Positions 36,420-46,407 of a DNA stretch of 64,000 nucleotides are shown here, in pieces. Source of the stretch: Gammaproteobacteria bacterium (GTDB lineage Bacteria > Pseudomonadota > Gammaproteobacteria > Enterobacterales > Alteromonadaceae); the NCBI GenBank assembly GCA_017302255.1, contig JAFLDV010000001.1:126237-190236 (forward strand), written 5' to 3'. The notes under the pieces are model-generated. The model had not been told where the DNA came from, searched no databases, and saw nothing but the letters and a program-made list of their open reading frames with translations. Each line of letters begins with the position of its first letter. Within the stretch, counting starts at the first letter, position 1. Made by a program: the position numbers and the translations under genes.

Positions 36420-38318
36420 TTAGTGTTGCAGTTTGATGTTATCGATATCAAAGCTGAAGTTGCCGGGTTGTTTCGCGCTCCACAGAATCATGTTGATTTG
36501 GCTGGTATCGGTTTGGCTGAGCTCTGAAAGCTTCAGGCTGTGACTTTGCCAAGTGTCATTAATGGTCAGCGTCCGCAATTCTGGTTGCATACTGCCGTTG
36601 GTGAAGATCATCAACTGGATTTGGGTGGATGCCGCTCCGGCAGTCTTTGCTGCGGCAATGTCCGTAGCACTGGCGCTCTTGCTCTGCGCTGTTGCCGAGA
36701 TGCGCAGGTCAAAACTGATGCTGCTGCCTTGCTGGAAGTTGGCGCCTTGTTCAAAACTAGCGCCCGGCAAATAACTCACGCCAGCCCATGGAAATTGGCT
36801 GTCCATGCTTAAGTTGCCATGCACTTGTACATAACCATCAGAGTGCCAAGTCAGTTTGGCAACCGAGCTGCCGTGCATCATTTCATCGCTGGTGGCACTC
36901 ACTGCTAAACCTTGGGTTGGCATTTCGCTTTGGCTGAAATCGGCGAGTGTGCCAAGTGTTAACGCTTTTGCGGTCGACGCTTGGGTAGGTTCGGTGCCTA
37001 ACCGCGCATAGCCATTTTTCCATACCTGCAGTGGGCGGGTGAGTGTGAGTAAGTCATGGCCATTTTCCACTAATAGCAAATCAGCGCGCATGCCGATTTT
37101 GATAAAGCCGCGCTCAGGCAAACTAAACTCAGTTGCTGGCAAGCTGGTCGCGGCGCGAAGCGCGGCTTCCACCGATAAACCTGCTTCTTGCAGCAATAAC
37201 AACTCGACGCTCAGGCTGATGCCATGTGCAGTGCCTGGATTTGGCGCATCGGTACCGGCGAGCAGGCGTATGCCGTGTTGTTGCATGGCCGCGGTGTTGG
37301 CCATCATGTTGTCGTAAAGGCTGGCTGGAATATTAAATTGGCTAAAGCTCTTCGCAAGATTGCTGCGACTGACCGCATCGAGTGCAATTCGGCTGTCGTT
37401 TAACAGCCATTTCTCATTGGCGGTATGGCGGCTCATCGCTTCATGCACTGCCATAGTTGGGATAACAAAAATGTCGCGGTTTTTCAGTTCGGTGAGCAGC
37501 GCATCTTGAATACGTGATTCAAAAAAGCCATGCACTAAGCCATCGGCACCGGCGCGCGCGGCATCCAGCGCTGATTGCTGATCTTGAATGTGCACCACCG
37601 CCAACATTTGCTCGGCATGGGCGGCGTTGACCAAGGCAATTAAGGTTGCTTGGTCAATTGAAGGCATCAAGCGCCGTGGCGCTTTCGCCGATTGATAAAC
37701 GATTTTCAGATAATCCGACCCTTCGGCTTTGCGCGCTTTGACAAACTCAAGCGCTTGTTCTGGCCCAGTAATCACCGGAATTTGCATGCCATATTCGGTG
37801 CCATGGCCTTTGGGTGCTGTGGCCAAAATGCCTGCGCTCCATAAGTCGGCTTGATTGCTTTGGCTTGTTTCGCTTCTAAGTGGTTTGGCTGCTTGTAGCA
37901 CTGCAGGTTGGGTAAACATATCCAGCACTGTCGTCACGCCATATTGGCTTTGCCTGGTTAGCGCATCACCAAAAGCATGGACATGCGCATCGATTAAACC
38001 GGGTAATAACGTCTGGCCGTTGGTGTTTACCAGTGGTTTATTGGGGGCTGGGTTTTGCGCGCTAATTCGGCTGATTTTGCCGTCTTCGATTTCGACATAC
38101 TTGAGCGCTGTTGAAAATTGCTCGCCGTCAAAAATCTCCACCGGGCCTATAACAAAACTGTTGGTGGTATTGTCACTACCGAGACGTTGTGGTGCAGGCT
38201 CTGTCTGCGATGTTGTTTGCAACTCCGGCTCTGGCAGTAGCGAGAAAAAGCCAGCGATTGCTAGCACCGCGAGTGTTGGCCACAGCCAAAACGGCAAGCC
38301 ATTTTTTGAAGGTGTCAT
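36420..38318 (-). CDS. secreted amidohydrolase-family metallohydrolase with about 180-aa C-terminal beta-rich extension
   Basis: Signal/TM N-terminus. Metal-binding LPGLIDAHVHAF (HxH). Later ...GTDAPNPGTAHG.... The C-terminal 180 aa has no match I recognise. Confidence 0.7.
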   Translation of the reverse strand: MTPSKNGLPFWLWPTLAVLAIAGFFSLLPEPELQTTSQTEPAPQRLGSDNTTNSFVIGPVEIFDGEQFSTALKYVEIEDGKISRISAQNPAPNKPLVNTNGQTLLPGLIDAHVHAFGDALTRQSQYGVTTVLDMFTQPAVLQAAKPLRSETSQSNQADLWSAGILATAPKGHGTEYGMQIPVITGPEQALEFVKARKAEGSDYLKIVYQSAKAPRRLMPSIDQATLIALVNAAHAEQMLAVVHIQDQQSALDAARAGADGLVHGFFESRIQDALLTELKNRDIFVIPTMAVHEAMSRHTANEKWLLNDSRIALDAVSRSNLAKSFSQFNIPASLYDNMMANTAAMQQHGIRLLAGTDAPNPGTAHGISLSVELLLLQEAGLSVEAALRAATSLPATEFSLPERGFIKIGMRADLLLVENGHDLLTLTRPLQVWKNGYARLGTEPTQASTAKALTLGTLADFSQSEMPTQGLAVSATSDEMMHGSSVAKLTWHSDGYVQVHGNLSMDSQFPWAGVSYLPGASFEQGANFQQGSSISFDLRISATAQSKSASATDIAAAKTAGAASTQIQLMIFTNGSMQPELRTLTINDTWQSHSLKLSELSQTDTSQINMILWSAKQPGNFSFDIDNIKLQH

Positions 38319-38382
38319 GTTGATTTCCTTGATGCGCTAAAGCGTTGGCGCGATGGCTAGCAGTAGCCACCGCGCAATTTGG

Positions 38383-39189
38383 TTATTGCCGGGTGTTGGT
38401 GGTTTGGCGAAAGGCGCGAGTGGCGAGTGCGACCATCACTAAGCAAAACAATAAGATAGCAAGCAGATGCGGCCAGCTCGTTGCAGTCGCTTTCACTCCA
38501 ACCACTTGATAAGCCAATTGCGAAAAATGGTAGCTTGGCAGTGCCCACGCGAATTGTTGCAAAGCCGCTGGTAACAAATGGATTGGGATCCACAGCCCGC
38601 CTAAAAACGCCATCGGCAGATAAATCAGGTTGACGGTAGCAGGTGCCGCTTTCGCCGATAAGGTTAAGCCAAGCCACAGGCCAAACAGACAAAATGGCAC
38701 TGTGCCGAGCATCAACACTGCAGCTAAGCCGAGCCAAATATGGGTTTCCAGTCGCACACCACCAAAGATGGCGGCAACGCTAAATAACAACACGATGATG
38801 ATTAAGGCAAAGCCAAGGCTTGAGCAGATTTTACCGAAAATATAAGCACTGACTGGTGCCGGCGCTATTTGCTTCATCGCGAGCCATCCTTGAGTTCTCT
38901 CGTTGGCGACATTGACGCCGAAATTAAACAGGGCAGGGCCCATCACGCCAAAACATCCGTAAGACGCCAGCAGATAGACATTTTGTCCGCCTTGGCCAAA
39001 TAACACGCCAAACAGCAGGTAAAACATCACCGGGAAAATCAAACTTGGGATGACAAAACCTGGGGTGCGAAATAGCGACAGTGCATCCATCCGCGCTTCT
39101 AGCGCTAATAACTGCAGACGTTGGCGCACTGACAACCACGGCGTAAATGCAGTTGATTCGGTAACTTGCTGATGCAGAGGACTGTTCAT
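38383..39189 (-). CDS. ABC-2 family transporter permease
   Basis: 6 TM helices, 268 aa. 4-nt overlap (ATGA) with the upstream ATPase gene. Confidence 0.65.
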   Translation of the reverse strand: MNSPLHQQVTESTAFTPWLSVRQRLQLLALEARMDALSLFRTPGFVIPSLIFPVMFYLLFGVLFGQGGQNVYLLASYGCFGVMGPALFNFGVNVANERTQGWLAMKQIAPAPVSAYIFGKICSSLGFALIIIVLLFSVAAIFGGVRLETHIWLGLAAVLMLGTVPFCLFGLWLGLTLSAKAAPATVNLIYLPMAFLGGLWIPIHLLPAALQQFAWALPSYHFSQLAYQVVGVKATATSWPHLLAILLFCLVMVALATRAFRQTTNTRQ

Positions 39190-40121
39190 GCCATAGCTCC
39201 TTGGTTGGCGGTTAGTTGTAAAAACGCATGTTCTAAACTCAGTGGTTGTACTGACAGTTGGCTCAGCGCTAAATCAAGCGCCAGCAGTTGCCGCAGGGTT
39301 TGTTCGGGCTGTTCGCTATCGATAAGTAACCGTTGGCTGCCTTCGCCATCGGCGCTGGGGTTAGCCCCGATTACTTCGACCTGACGCACGTATGGCCAAC
39401 TAGCCACCAGCGCGCTGTCTAGCGAGCTGTGGCAATCGATACGACGTAATAGGCTTTGCGCTTTTAACGCGGTTGGGCTGGCATCAGCAATAAAGTGGCC
39501 GTCTTTGAGCACCAAAATACGACTGGCGAGTTGATCGGCTTCTTCCAAATAATGGGTAGTTAAAATCACGCTAATACCAGCAGCAGCTGCGGCGCGAATA
39601 TGCTGCCAAAATGCTTGGCGAGCAGCGACATCAAGGCCAACTGTAGGCTCGTCGAGGAACAATAACTGTGGTTTACCAACCATCGCCAAGGCAAACAATA
39701 ACGATTGCTGCTGGCCACCTGACAAAGTGCTAAAGCGTTGATCGATAAAACTCGCCAGCCCAAAATTCGCAATTAAATCAGCGGTTGGCATCGGCGCTGG
39801 GTAATATGCCGAGAACAGTTGCAAATGCTCACGGCCAGTGAGATTGCCAGGCAGGCTCGCTTGCTGCAGCATCACGCCAATTTTACCGCGCAGTGACATC
39901 TGCTGTTTGAGTGCGCTCACTGGCTGACCAAATAATTGGATCTGGCCTTGGTCGGGGCGCAGCATGCCAAGCAATGTTTGTAAAAACGTGGTTTTGCCAG
40001 CGCCGTTTGCGCCTAAAATCGCCACGATTTCACCGCTTTCTAAACGAAAATCAAGCTGGTCTAAGACCAAATGGTTGCCGTAAGTTTTACTAAGCTGAGA
40101 GACTTCAATGTAAGGCTGCAT
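39186..40121 (-). CDS. ABC transporter ATP-binding protein
   Basis: Walker A GANGAGKTT, signature LSGGQQQ, Walker B LLFLDEPTVGLD, H-loop. Confidence 0.85.
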   Translation of the reverse strand: MQPYIEVSQLSKTYGNHLVLDQLDFRLESGEIVAILGANGAGKTTFLQTLLGMLRPDQGQIQLFGQPVSALKQQMSLRGKIGVMLQQASLPGNLTGREHLQLFSAYYPAPMPTADLIANFGLASFIDQRFSTLSGGQQQSLLFALAMVGKPQLLFLDEPTVGLDVAARQAFWQHIRAAAAAGISVILTTHYLEEADQLASRILVLKDGHFIADASPTALKAQSLLRRIDCHSSLDSALVASWPYVRQVEVIGANPSADGEGSQRLLIDSEQPEQTLRQLLALDLALSQLSVQPLSLEHAFLQLTANQGAMA

Positions 40122-40283
40122 AACTCATGTCCATGGTTATTGTTGATGCAGCTATTGTGCGGGGAATTGAGTTGAAAGCTTAGGTTGCCCCGTCATGGAT
40201 ATCGCGTGACAAATGTCATCATTATGGTTTGACTCGGCAAGCAAATTATCGTTTGATAACCTAGTAGAAGCTTGTGAAGGGGG

Positions 40284-41180
40284 ATGAGAGTGAGCGGCGA
40301 ATGGATTTTTAGCCAATTAGCAGCATGGCACAGTATCTGTTGTCGCATTGCCGGACGCAGCACTGTGTTTGGCGCACTATTATTCGCAAGCGCTGCTCTG
40401 CACGCCGAACCCCTAGTGCTATTGCATGCTATCCCTGCCATTGAAGCGACTGCTGAATCCGAACTTAAACAAAGTGAATTGAAATTACTGCAAAAAGTAA
40501 TGGCCAGTTATGGTGATAGCTATCGCGTTGAAGGCGATGTCAGTCGTAAACGAGCTATCGAAATCTTGGCGCAAGATCAGCCTGCTTGTATTCCAATGAT
40601 GTTAAAAACTCCGGAGCGGGAAGCGCGTATGAGCTTCAGTCAGCCATATATGATTGAAGAAGGGCTGCGTTTGGTGGTGTTAACTAGTTCACCTTGGCAG
40701 CAAAAACTGGATGAATTACAAAAAGCTGGGCCAATCAGCTTGCAGCAATTGCTCAGTATGGATAAAGGCCCAATTATTGGTATTGATAACAACCGTAGTT
40801 TTGGCGTGAAGGTCGATGAGTTGTTACAACGCCATGCTGGACATCGCGCTATCTATATTCGCACCAGCGCGCTGCAGTATTTGGATACTATGGAGCCGAT
40901 GCTCGACAAAAAGTATGTCGATATCATGATTGAATACGGCAAAGTAGCCAAACGCACGCCGCTAAAACTGAGTGTTTATCCTTTCGCCGAAGCGGACTCT
41001 TTTGTTATGAGTTATTTCTCCTGTGCATTGACCGAAAAAGGTCAGAGTTTTGTGGCTGCGTTAAATCGCGCCATCGCCAAATCCATTGATAAATCTGACT
41101 ATCAGCAGCTGATGTTTGAAGAAATTGCGCCAAATTTACGCCCTCAGGCTAAGCAGATCTGGCGACGAGTTACCAAGTAA
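40284..41180 (+). CDS. hypothetical periplasmic protein (SBP-like fold?)
   Basis: Hydrophobic signal-like segment STVFGALLFASAALHA. The true start is probably downstream of 40284 at an unidentified codon. No motif recognised. Confidence 0.35.
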   Translation: MRVSGEWIFSQLAAWHSICCRIAGRSTVFGALLFASAALHAEPLVLLHAIPAIEATAESELKQSELKLLQKVMASYGDSYRVEGDVSRKRAIEILAQDQPACIPMMLKTPEREARMSFSQPYMIEEGLRLVVLTSSPWQQKLDELQKAGPISLQQLLSMDKGPIIGIDNNRSFGVKVDELLQRHAGHRAIYIRTSALQYLDTMEPMLDKKYVDIMIEYGKVAKRTPLKLSVYPFAEADSFVMSYFSCALTEKGQSFVAALNRAIAKSIDKSDYQQLMFEEIAPNLRPQAKQIWRRVTK

Positions 41181-41276
41181 CAAGTCAGTTAATGCAGGAT
41201 AATCCTTGTTTTGTACCAATCGGTATTGTATTCTGCCGCGTATTGTTCGTCTCACCTCTAATTTTGGAGAATCTCG

Positions 41277-42344
41277 ATGACTGATTTATTTCAACCAGTG
41301 CAGTTAGGTGCGCTTACTTTAGCTAACCGTATTATCATGGCGCCGCTGACGCGTTGCCGCGCTGATGCTGACCATGTGCCAACCGCTATCATGGCCGAGC
41401 ATTATGCACAGCGCGCTAGTGCTGGTTTAATCGTTGCCGAAGCGACCATGGTTGCCGAAGGCAATTCGGCGTTTTGGCGCGAGCCTGGTATTTATTCCGA
41501 AGCGCAAATCGCTGGCTGGAAACAAGTCACAGATGCGGTGCATGCCAAAGGCGGCCGCATCTTCTTACAAATTTGGCATGGTGGCCGTGCTTGTCACCCA
41601 GCGCTTAACAACGGCGCAATTCCGGTTTCTGCCTCAGCCATTGCTATTGACGATACAGTGCACACGCCAGAAGGCAAATTGCCTTATGCCACACCACGCG
41701 CGCTGGAAGATGCTGAAATTCCAGCAATTATTGAGCATTTCCGTCAGGCGGCAGTAAACGCCAAAGCCGCCGGTTTCGACGGTGTCGAAGTGCATGGAGC
41801 CAATGGCTATTTACTTGACCAGTTCCTGCGTGATGGTTCGAACAAACGTGAAGGTGCTTATGGCGGCAGCTTAGCCAATCGCGCGCGTTTGTTGTTAGAA
41901 GTCATTCAAGCTGTGGTTGGTGTTTGGGGTTCAGATCGGGTCGGCGTGCGGATTTCGCCACTCAACAGCTACAACAGCATGCTTGATAGCGACCCTGTTG
42001 GCTTAACCCGTTATGTTGCTTCCGCACTTAACTCGTTGAATTTGGCCTATTTGCATTTAATGCGCGCTGATTTTATGGGCGTGCAACACGCCGATGTCGT
42101 AACTGCGGCGCGTGAAGTGTATCAAGGCAATTTAATTGGCAACATGGGCTATCAGCACGACGAAGCGCAAGCTGCAGTTGCTAGTGGCCAGTTGCAAGCT
42201 GTTGCGATTGGCGCCTTGTTTATTGCAAACCCAGATTTAGTGGCACGTCTGCAGCAAGGTGCGCCATTAGCGCAACCAGATCCGTCGACTTTCTACACCC
42301 AAGATGCCAAGGGCTATACGGATTACCCGGCGCTTAGTAACTAA
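41277..42344 (+). CDS. nemA: Old Yellow Enzyme-family NADH:flavin oxidoreductase (N-ethylmaleimide reductase-like)
   Basis: Colinear with E. coli NemA: LANRIIMAPLTR, LQIWHGGR, GFDGVEVHGANGYLLDQFL, NRARLLLEV, IANPDLVARLQ. Confidence 0.8.
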   Translation: MTDLFQPVQLGALTLANRIIMAPLTRCRADADHVPTAIMAEHYAQRASAGLIVAEATMVAEGNSAFWREPGIYSEAQIAGWKQVTDAVHAKGGRIFLQIWHGGRACHPALNNGAIPVSASAIAIDDTVHTPEGKLPYATPRALEDAEIPAIIEHFRQAAVNAKAAGFDGVEVHGANGYLLDQFLRDGSNKREGAYGGSLANRARLLLEVIQAVVGVWGSDRVGVRISPLNSYNSMLDSDPVGLTRYVASALNSLNLAYLHLMRADFMGVQHADVVTAAREVYQGNLIGNMGYQHDEAQAAVASGQLQAVAIGALFIANPDLVARLQQGAPLAQPDPSTFYTQDAKGYTDYPALSN

Positions 42345-42418
42345 GAGCTGAGTAACTAAGTGCTTATTAAACAAATGCTTAGGATCTAAGTTTTAAGGCT
42401 CGCCCCGCAGAAAAAATC

Positions 42419-42447
42419 AGGCACCAAGGAATTGGTGCCTTTTTTTA
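42419..42447 (+). terminator. rho-independent terminator after nemA-like gene
   Basis: AGGCACCAAggaaTTGGTGCCTTTTTTT. Confidence 0.8.
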
Positions 42448-42467
42448 TTGCTGTGTTCTCGAGTGCT

Positions 42468-42510
42468 GATTGCCAGTGTTAATTGCCAGTGTTAATGCCA
42501 GTGTTAATTG
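42468..42510. repeat. short tandem repeat (TGCCAGTGTTAAT-like, 12-13 bp period, about 3.3 copies)
   Basis: GCTGATTGCCAGTGTTAATTGCCAGTGTTAATGCCAGTGTTAATTG, read directly. Confidence 0.7.
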
Positions 42511-42936
42511 TTACTTGGCTGCTTCAGCGCTTTGCCCCTCAGCAGTTGACCACAGGTGCAAACGCAATTGCTCGGCGATGTCCGGCGTAATTGGCGCAGA
42601 GCGCTTTTGCGCAAAATCATAATGCACCAACACCACCACGCCAGTGGCGCAGACACGCCCTTGCTGCACGGCTTGTTGCGTCACTTCAAATGAGCTGTTG
42701 CCAATTCGACTGACGCCGGTGTTGATGGTGACAGGTTCGCCGTAAAACAGCTCGGCATGAAACTCCACGCTAAATTTTGCCAAGATCAGTCGCCATTGCG
42801 CTGGGTCAAGGTTCGATGTAAAAAATTTGAAAATAGGATCGCGGCACCCTTCAAACCAAATCGGCAATACGGTATTGTTGATGTGTCCCAGCGCGTCGGT
42901 CTCGCTAAAACGAGGTTGAATGCTTTCAGTGAACAT
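42511..42936 (-). CDS. hotdog-fold acyl-CoA thioesterase (YbgC/4HBT-like)
   Basis: 141 aa, N-terminal ...RFSETDALGHINNTVLPIWFE... with the catalytic Asp context of the 4HBT family. Confidence 0.65.
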   Translation of the reverse strand: MFTESIQPRFSETDALGHINNTVLPIWFEGCRDPIFKFFTSNLDPAQWRLILAKFSVEFHAELFYGEPVTINTGVSRIGNSSFEVTQQAVQQGRVCATGVVVLVHYDFAQKRSAPITPDIAEQLRLHLWSTAEGQSAEAAK

Positions 42937-42947
42937 AAGGTTTATTC

Positions 42948-43652
42948 ATGTCTGATTTTATTGAAGTCTATGATAATGCGTTAAGTCCCGAGCTTTGTCA
43001 GCAGCTTATAAACACCTTTGAGCAAAGTCCGCATAAAAAGCCGGGCCGCACCGGTGGTGGTGTTGATGTTAACAAAAAGATTAGTACCGATTTGTATCTC
43101 AACGACCATGTCGAATATCGGGATTTGTTAAACCAAGTGATCGCGGTCACCACAAAGCACGCCGCTGAGTATTTTAAGAAATATCATTTTGCCTTGATTG
43201 CGCCGGTGGCATTAACTATCCAGCACCCAGAAACTGGCGAGGCTGTGGCATTAACCCATGAAAATTATCAAGAATTTGGTTCAAGCAAAGCCGAAGATTT
43301 TATGCGGTTGTTGTATCGGTTAGGGCCAATTCAAGCGCAAAAATATGATGCCGGCAAAGGCAATTACAACTACTGGCACTGCGAAGTGTATCCACAGGCA
43401 CCACACAACGAGCCACTGCATCGCACCTTATTGTTTATGTTTTATTTAAACGACGTCGCCGAAGGCGGCGAAACCGAATTTTACTACCAACAACGCGCCT
43501 TAAAACCCAAAGCCGGCACTATGGTCATAGCCCCCGCCTATTTCACCCACACCCACCGCGGTTGCATTCCGGTATCCAACGACAAATACATTCTGACCAG
43601 CTGGATTTTAATTCAACGCGCTGAAACATTGTATGGGCCTTCGGCGGGTTGA
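42948..43652 (+). CDS. putative 2OG-Fe(II) oxygenase-superfamily protein
   Basis: Possible HxD...H triad (H..E at WHCEVY, FTHTHRG) in a jelly-roll-sized protein. Assignment tentative. Confidence 0.35.
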   Translation: MSDFIEVYDNALSPELCQQLINTFEQSPHKKPGRTGGGVDVNKKISTDLYLNDHVEYRDLLNQVIAVTTKHAAEYFKKYHFALIAPVALTIQHPETGEAVALTHENYQEFGSSKAEDFMRLLYRLGPIQAQKYDAGKGNYNYWHCEVYPQAPHNEPLHRTLLFMFYLNDVAEGGETEFYYQQRALKPKAGTMVIAPAYFTHTHRGCIPVSNDKYILTSWILIQRAETLYGPSAG

Positions 43653-43731
43653 GGTTAGCCGAGGGACTGCGACTTTCGGTTTGTTGATTGTGGTTGTTTG
43701 CATTTGGTCGCAGAAAAGTTTGGGAACTAAT

Positions 43732-44046
43732 ATGAATTTAGAACAGTTAAAGAACGACACAGCTTTACTGAAAGCTATTCTAGAACGTATAGCTTTGGAA
43801 GACGAATATGCAGTGATTGCGTTACGGGTCTTGGGTCCGCTGTTTAAGGATATTGAGTCTGGGAAATTTCAACGAGCTTTGAGTCGGGATGAGCTACCGA
43901 CTCCAGGGGTTTTACATCACTCAAGCCGCCTGCGAATACATGAGGATTTAGAAAATGCTTGGTATTCATTTCAGAGTTCGGTGACTGGCGGTTTCCCAGA
44001 TGACAATCCAATCATAAAAGCCCTTAGATCTATAGATAACCAGTAA
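43732..44046 (+). CDS. hypothetical protein
   Basis: ORF with an internal ATG (MNLEQ...) after a region overlapping the upstream gene. No motif recognised. Confidence 0.3.
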   Translation: MNLEQLKNDTALLKAILERIALEDEYAVIALRVLGPLFKDIESGKFQRALSRDELPTPGVLHHSSRLRIHEDLENAWYSFQSSVTGGFPDDNPIIKALRSIDNQ

Positions 44047-44316
44047 TCTTGAAGCCCCTTTAGCAACTAGTCTTGGACGGCCATAAGTGAAACGTGGACA
44101 TCCACAATTTAAAAAATGGCTGTCATTAGTTAGGATTGAAAGCTGCAAATGCAGGTAAATGGTGGGGATACCTGTTTGGAACCCGCCCGCCAGTCCACTG
44201 CAGCTAGTAAGTTAACGCATCAGAATATGAAGCCATTTGAAGGATACGTTATTTCATTTAATAACTTCGGTGAACAAAATATGTGAATGAAGATGGATTC
44301 TTGGAGATAGACGACT

Positions 44317-45153
44317 ATGGCTAAGGAAAAATACTGGATACAAGAGTCAAAAAGTTACTTTAAGGAGTTTCAGGGCAGACTTGGAAAAAACTTGGAAGCT
44401 AATATTGCTCGATATACTGGTTTTATAGATGAATTGGCCGCAAAATCAGAACCAGATCTGGGGCGGGCCGCTATGAATGCGGGCTTTTTGGGTTATCAAG
44501 TAAGTTTGTTGATGACCGACAGTTATTGCAAAAGTGATTGGCCCAATTATTTATGCTATCGAACCCTTGCTACTACCTTAAATCTAAAGTTGATCACATG
44601 GACGGTTTTAGAGTTTAAGTCTAAGTCTTCTGAATATAGTGATTTTATGATAGAAAACTTGTCTGCAGGGGCAATTATACAAGGCTGTACATTACCTTTA
44701 ATTCTTGAAGGTGATGAGATAGCACTAAATATTCTATTGCAAACAATGGATTATATGGATGCGCCCTTTCACATGGCATTTTCTGAAAAAATAGCGCCTT
44801 TTTATCGAGATTTAATTCTTTTTAAACTTGGGCTAGGACCCAAAACTGAATTTGATGTATTTGCAGCGGAAAAAAGGTATGAATATTTAGCTTGGCGATA
44901 CAAATTTGCGCTGAAACCAAGTAAAAACGTTGATTTTCAGATGGGATTAGTACCCGATGAGTTGATAACGGATTATTTAATCCATGATAGAAATGTTGAA
45001 GCTGAATTTATGCGAGACCCGCATTTTGTTCGGTTGCAAGGCGCGCTGGACGCAATTCGTAGCGGGCAGGCAGCTCAATTACAACATGAAGGTTTAAAAG
45101 TTGCGATAGCTAAACTCTCGAAACTAAACCTGGATAGCCACTTTTCAAACTAA
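44317..45153 (+). CDS. hypothetical protein (AT-rich gene)
   Basis: 278 aa. Gene is visibly more AT-rich than its neighbours. No signal peptide or motif recognised. Confidence 0.4.
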   Translation: MAKEKYWIQESKSYFKEFQGRLGKNLEANIARYTGFIDELAAKSEPDLGRAAMNAGFLGYQVSLLMTDSYCKSDWPNYLCYRTLATTLNLKLITWTVLEFKSKSSEYSDFMIENLSAGAIIQGCTLPLILEGDEIALNILLQTMDYMDAPFHMAFSEKIAPFYRDLILFKLGLGPKTEFDVFAAEKRYEYLAWRYKFALKPSKNVDFQMGLVPDELITDYLIHDRNVEAEFMRDPHFVRLQGALDAIRSGQAAQLQHEGLKVAIAKLSKLNLDSHFSN

Positions 45154-45272
45154 TTCTGATCTGCCATAAATTTAACCAAGCGTGGCCAGCCACCTTTTGA
45201 TAGTTGACTAGCCACAGTAGAGCCGAGCATTAATGCTTATTCTTGCAGCTCGAACTTACTCAAATTGAAAAA

Positions 45273-45602
45273 TTATCTATTTGTTTGAGTGGCTTGCAGC
45301 GACACAACTTTACCGCTAATCACTCTGGCTTCGATGAGATGCTCGCCACCTATTGACCCTTTCAGTTTGTAGATGAGTATTTGCTCGTCGCTGTCCACTT
45401 GCTCGCCGTCCTGGTTGATTTTCGGTATTGTTTCAGAGCTCATGGGGCTCCCCGCAACATTCATCAACTCAGTTTTACTCATGCCGGAATAGATTAATTT
45501 GCCACTATCTAACCGAAACGACCCGCTAGCCCAAGCCGAATTCACCGCAAAAGTGATCACTAAAACACCCAATTTTATGAACTTAGAAATATTATTACTC
45601 AT
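45273..45602 (-). CDS. hypothetical small secreted protein
   Basis: Signal peptide KFIKLGVLVITFAVNSAWA. 109 aa. Confidence 0.4.
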   Translation of the reverse strand: MSNNISKFIKLGVLVITFAVNSAWASGSFRLDSGKLIYSGMSKTELMNVAGSPMSSETIPKINQDGEQVDSDEQILIYKLKGSIGGEHLIEARVISGKVVSLQATQTNR

Positions 45603-45675
45603 CGTTAATTCCGTTTTCTACAGTTTGTGTTGTTAACCAATCCCTTGGGATTTTTGTCAGTTGGAAAAGGCTTTT

Positions 45676-45999
45676 CTAACCTTTATGGTTTTTAAAATCA
45701 TGTTGCTCGTCACAGTTCTCCATCAGCATTTTTAGTGCAGCCTCAGATTTAGCTGTCGAGGCTGAATCTAGCTGACATTGCAGGCGCGCTTTTTCCCGAG
45801 GCAGCATGATGCTGTCGTCATAAATTGCCTCGCATTTTTGTTTGATAACCAGCGCGGCAGCATCAAATTCTGCACGGGGTAAATAGTCTTGAACACACTG
45901 CATATAAGCATCGTCATTGGCCATACAATTCGTGGCGAATAATGAGACAACCAAACAGCTATATTTAAACATAAGCATTTCTCCTTGAATTGCTTTCAA
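45676..45999 (-). CDS. hypothetical small secreted Cys-rich protein
   Basis: Signal-like N-terminus. 6 cysteines in about 85 mature residues. Confidence 0.35.
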   Translation of the reverse strand: MKAIQGEMLMFKYSCLVVSLFATNCMANDDAYMQCVQDYLPRAEFDAAALVIKQKCEAIYDDSIMLPREKARLQCQLDSASTAKSEAALKMLMENCDEQHDFKNHKG

Positions 46000-46354
46000 A
46001 TTATTATCTTTTTAATGACTTGAAACTGAACAACATTTTAACAAATAACTTAATTATATTCTGCGCGACAATCTTCCCATACCAGCATTTGGCGAAAAGC
46101 GCTGATCATTTCGCCCTTTTCGCAAATCCTGCGAGGCAGAGGCGTTGATTGCTATGTAATTGTGAGTGGCTTAGAAGTCATGATCCGGCAGTAATTTGGT
46201 TGATCACTAAGGAAAGGCTGGTTTGCTAAAATCCACTAGATGTAGGGTTCGTCTGCCGAAGGCATTATTTCTTTGTTTTTGAAATCATGTGCTGTTGGCG
46301 CTTTGATTACCGCTGAGGTGATAAGGGCATTTTGCCGCTGCTACTGAAATAAAA

Positions 46355-46392
46355 AAGCGAGCTTCGAAACATCCTAAGAAGCTCGCTTTTAT
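46355..46392 (-). terminator. rho-independent terminator downstream of Yip1-family gene
   Basis: AAAAAAGCGAGCTTCgaaacatcctaaGAAGCTCGCTTTTAT. Confidence 0.75.
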
Positions 46393-46407
46393 GTCAGTGG
46401 AACACCG

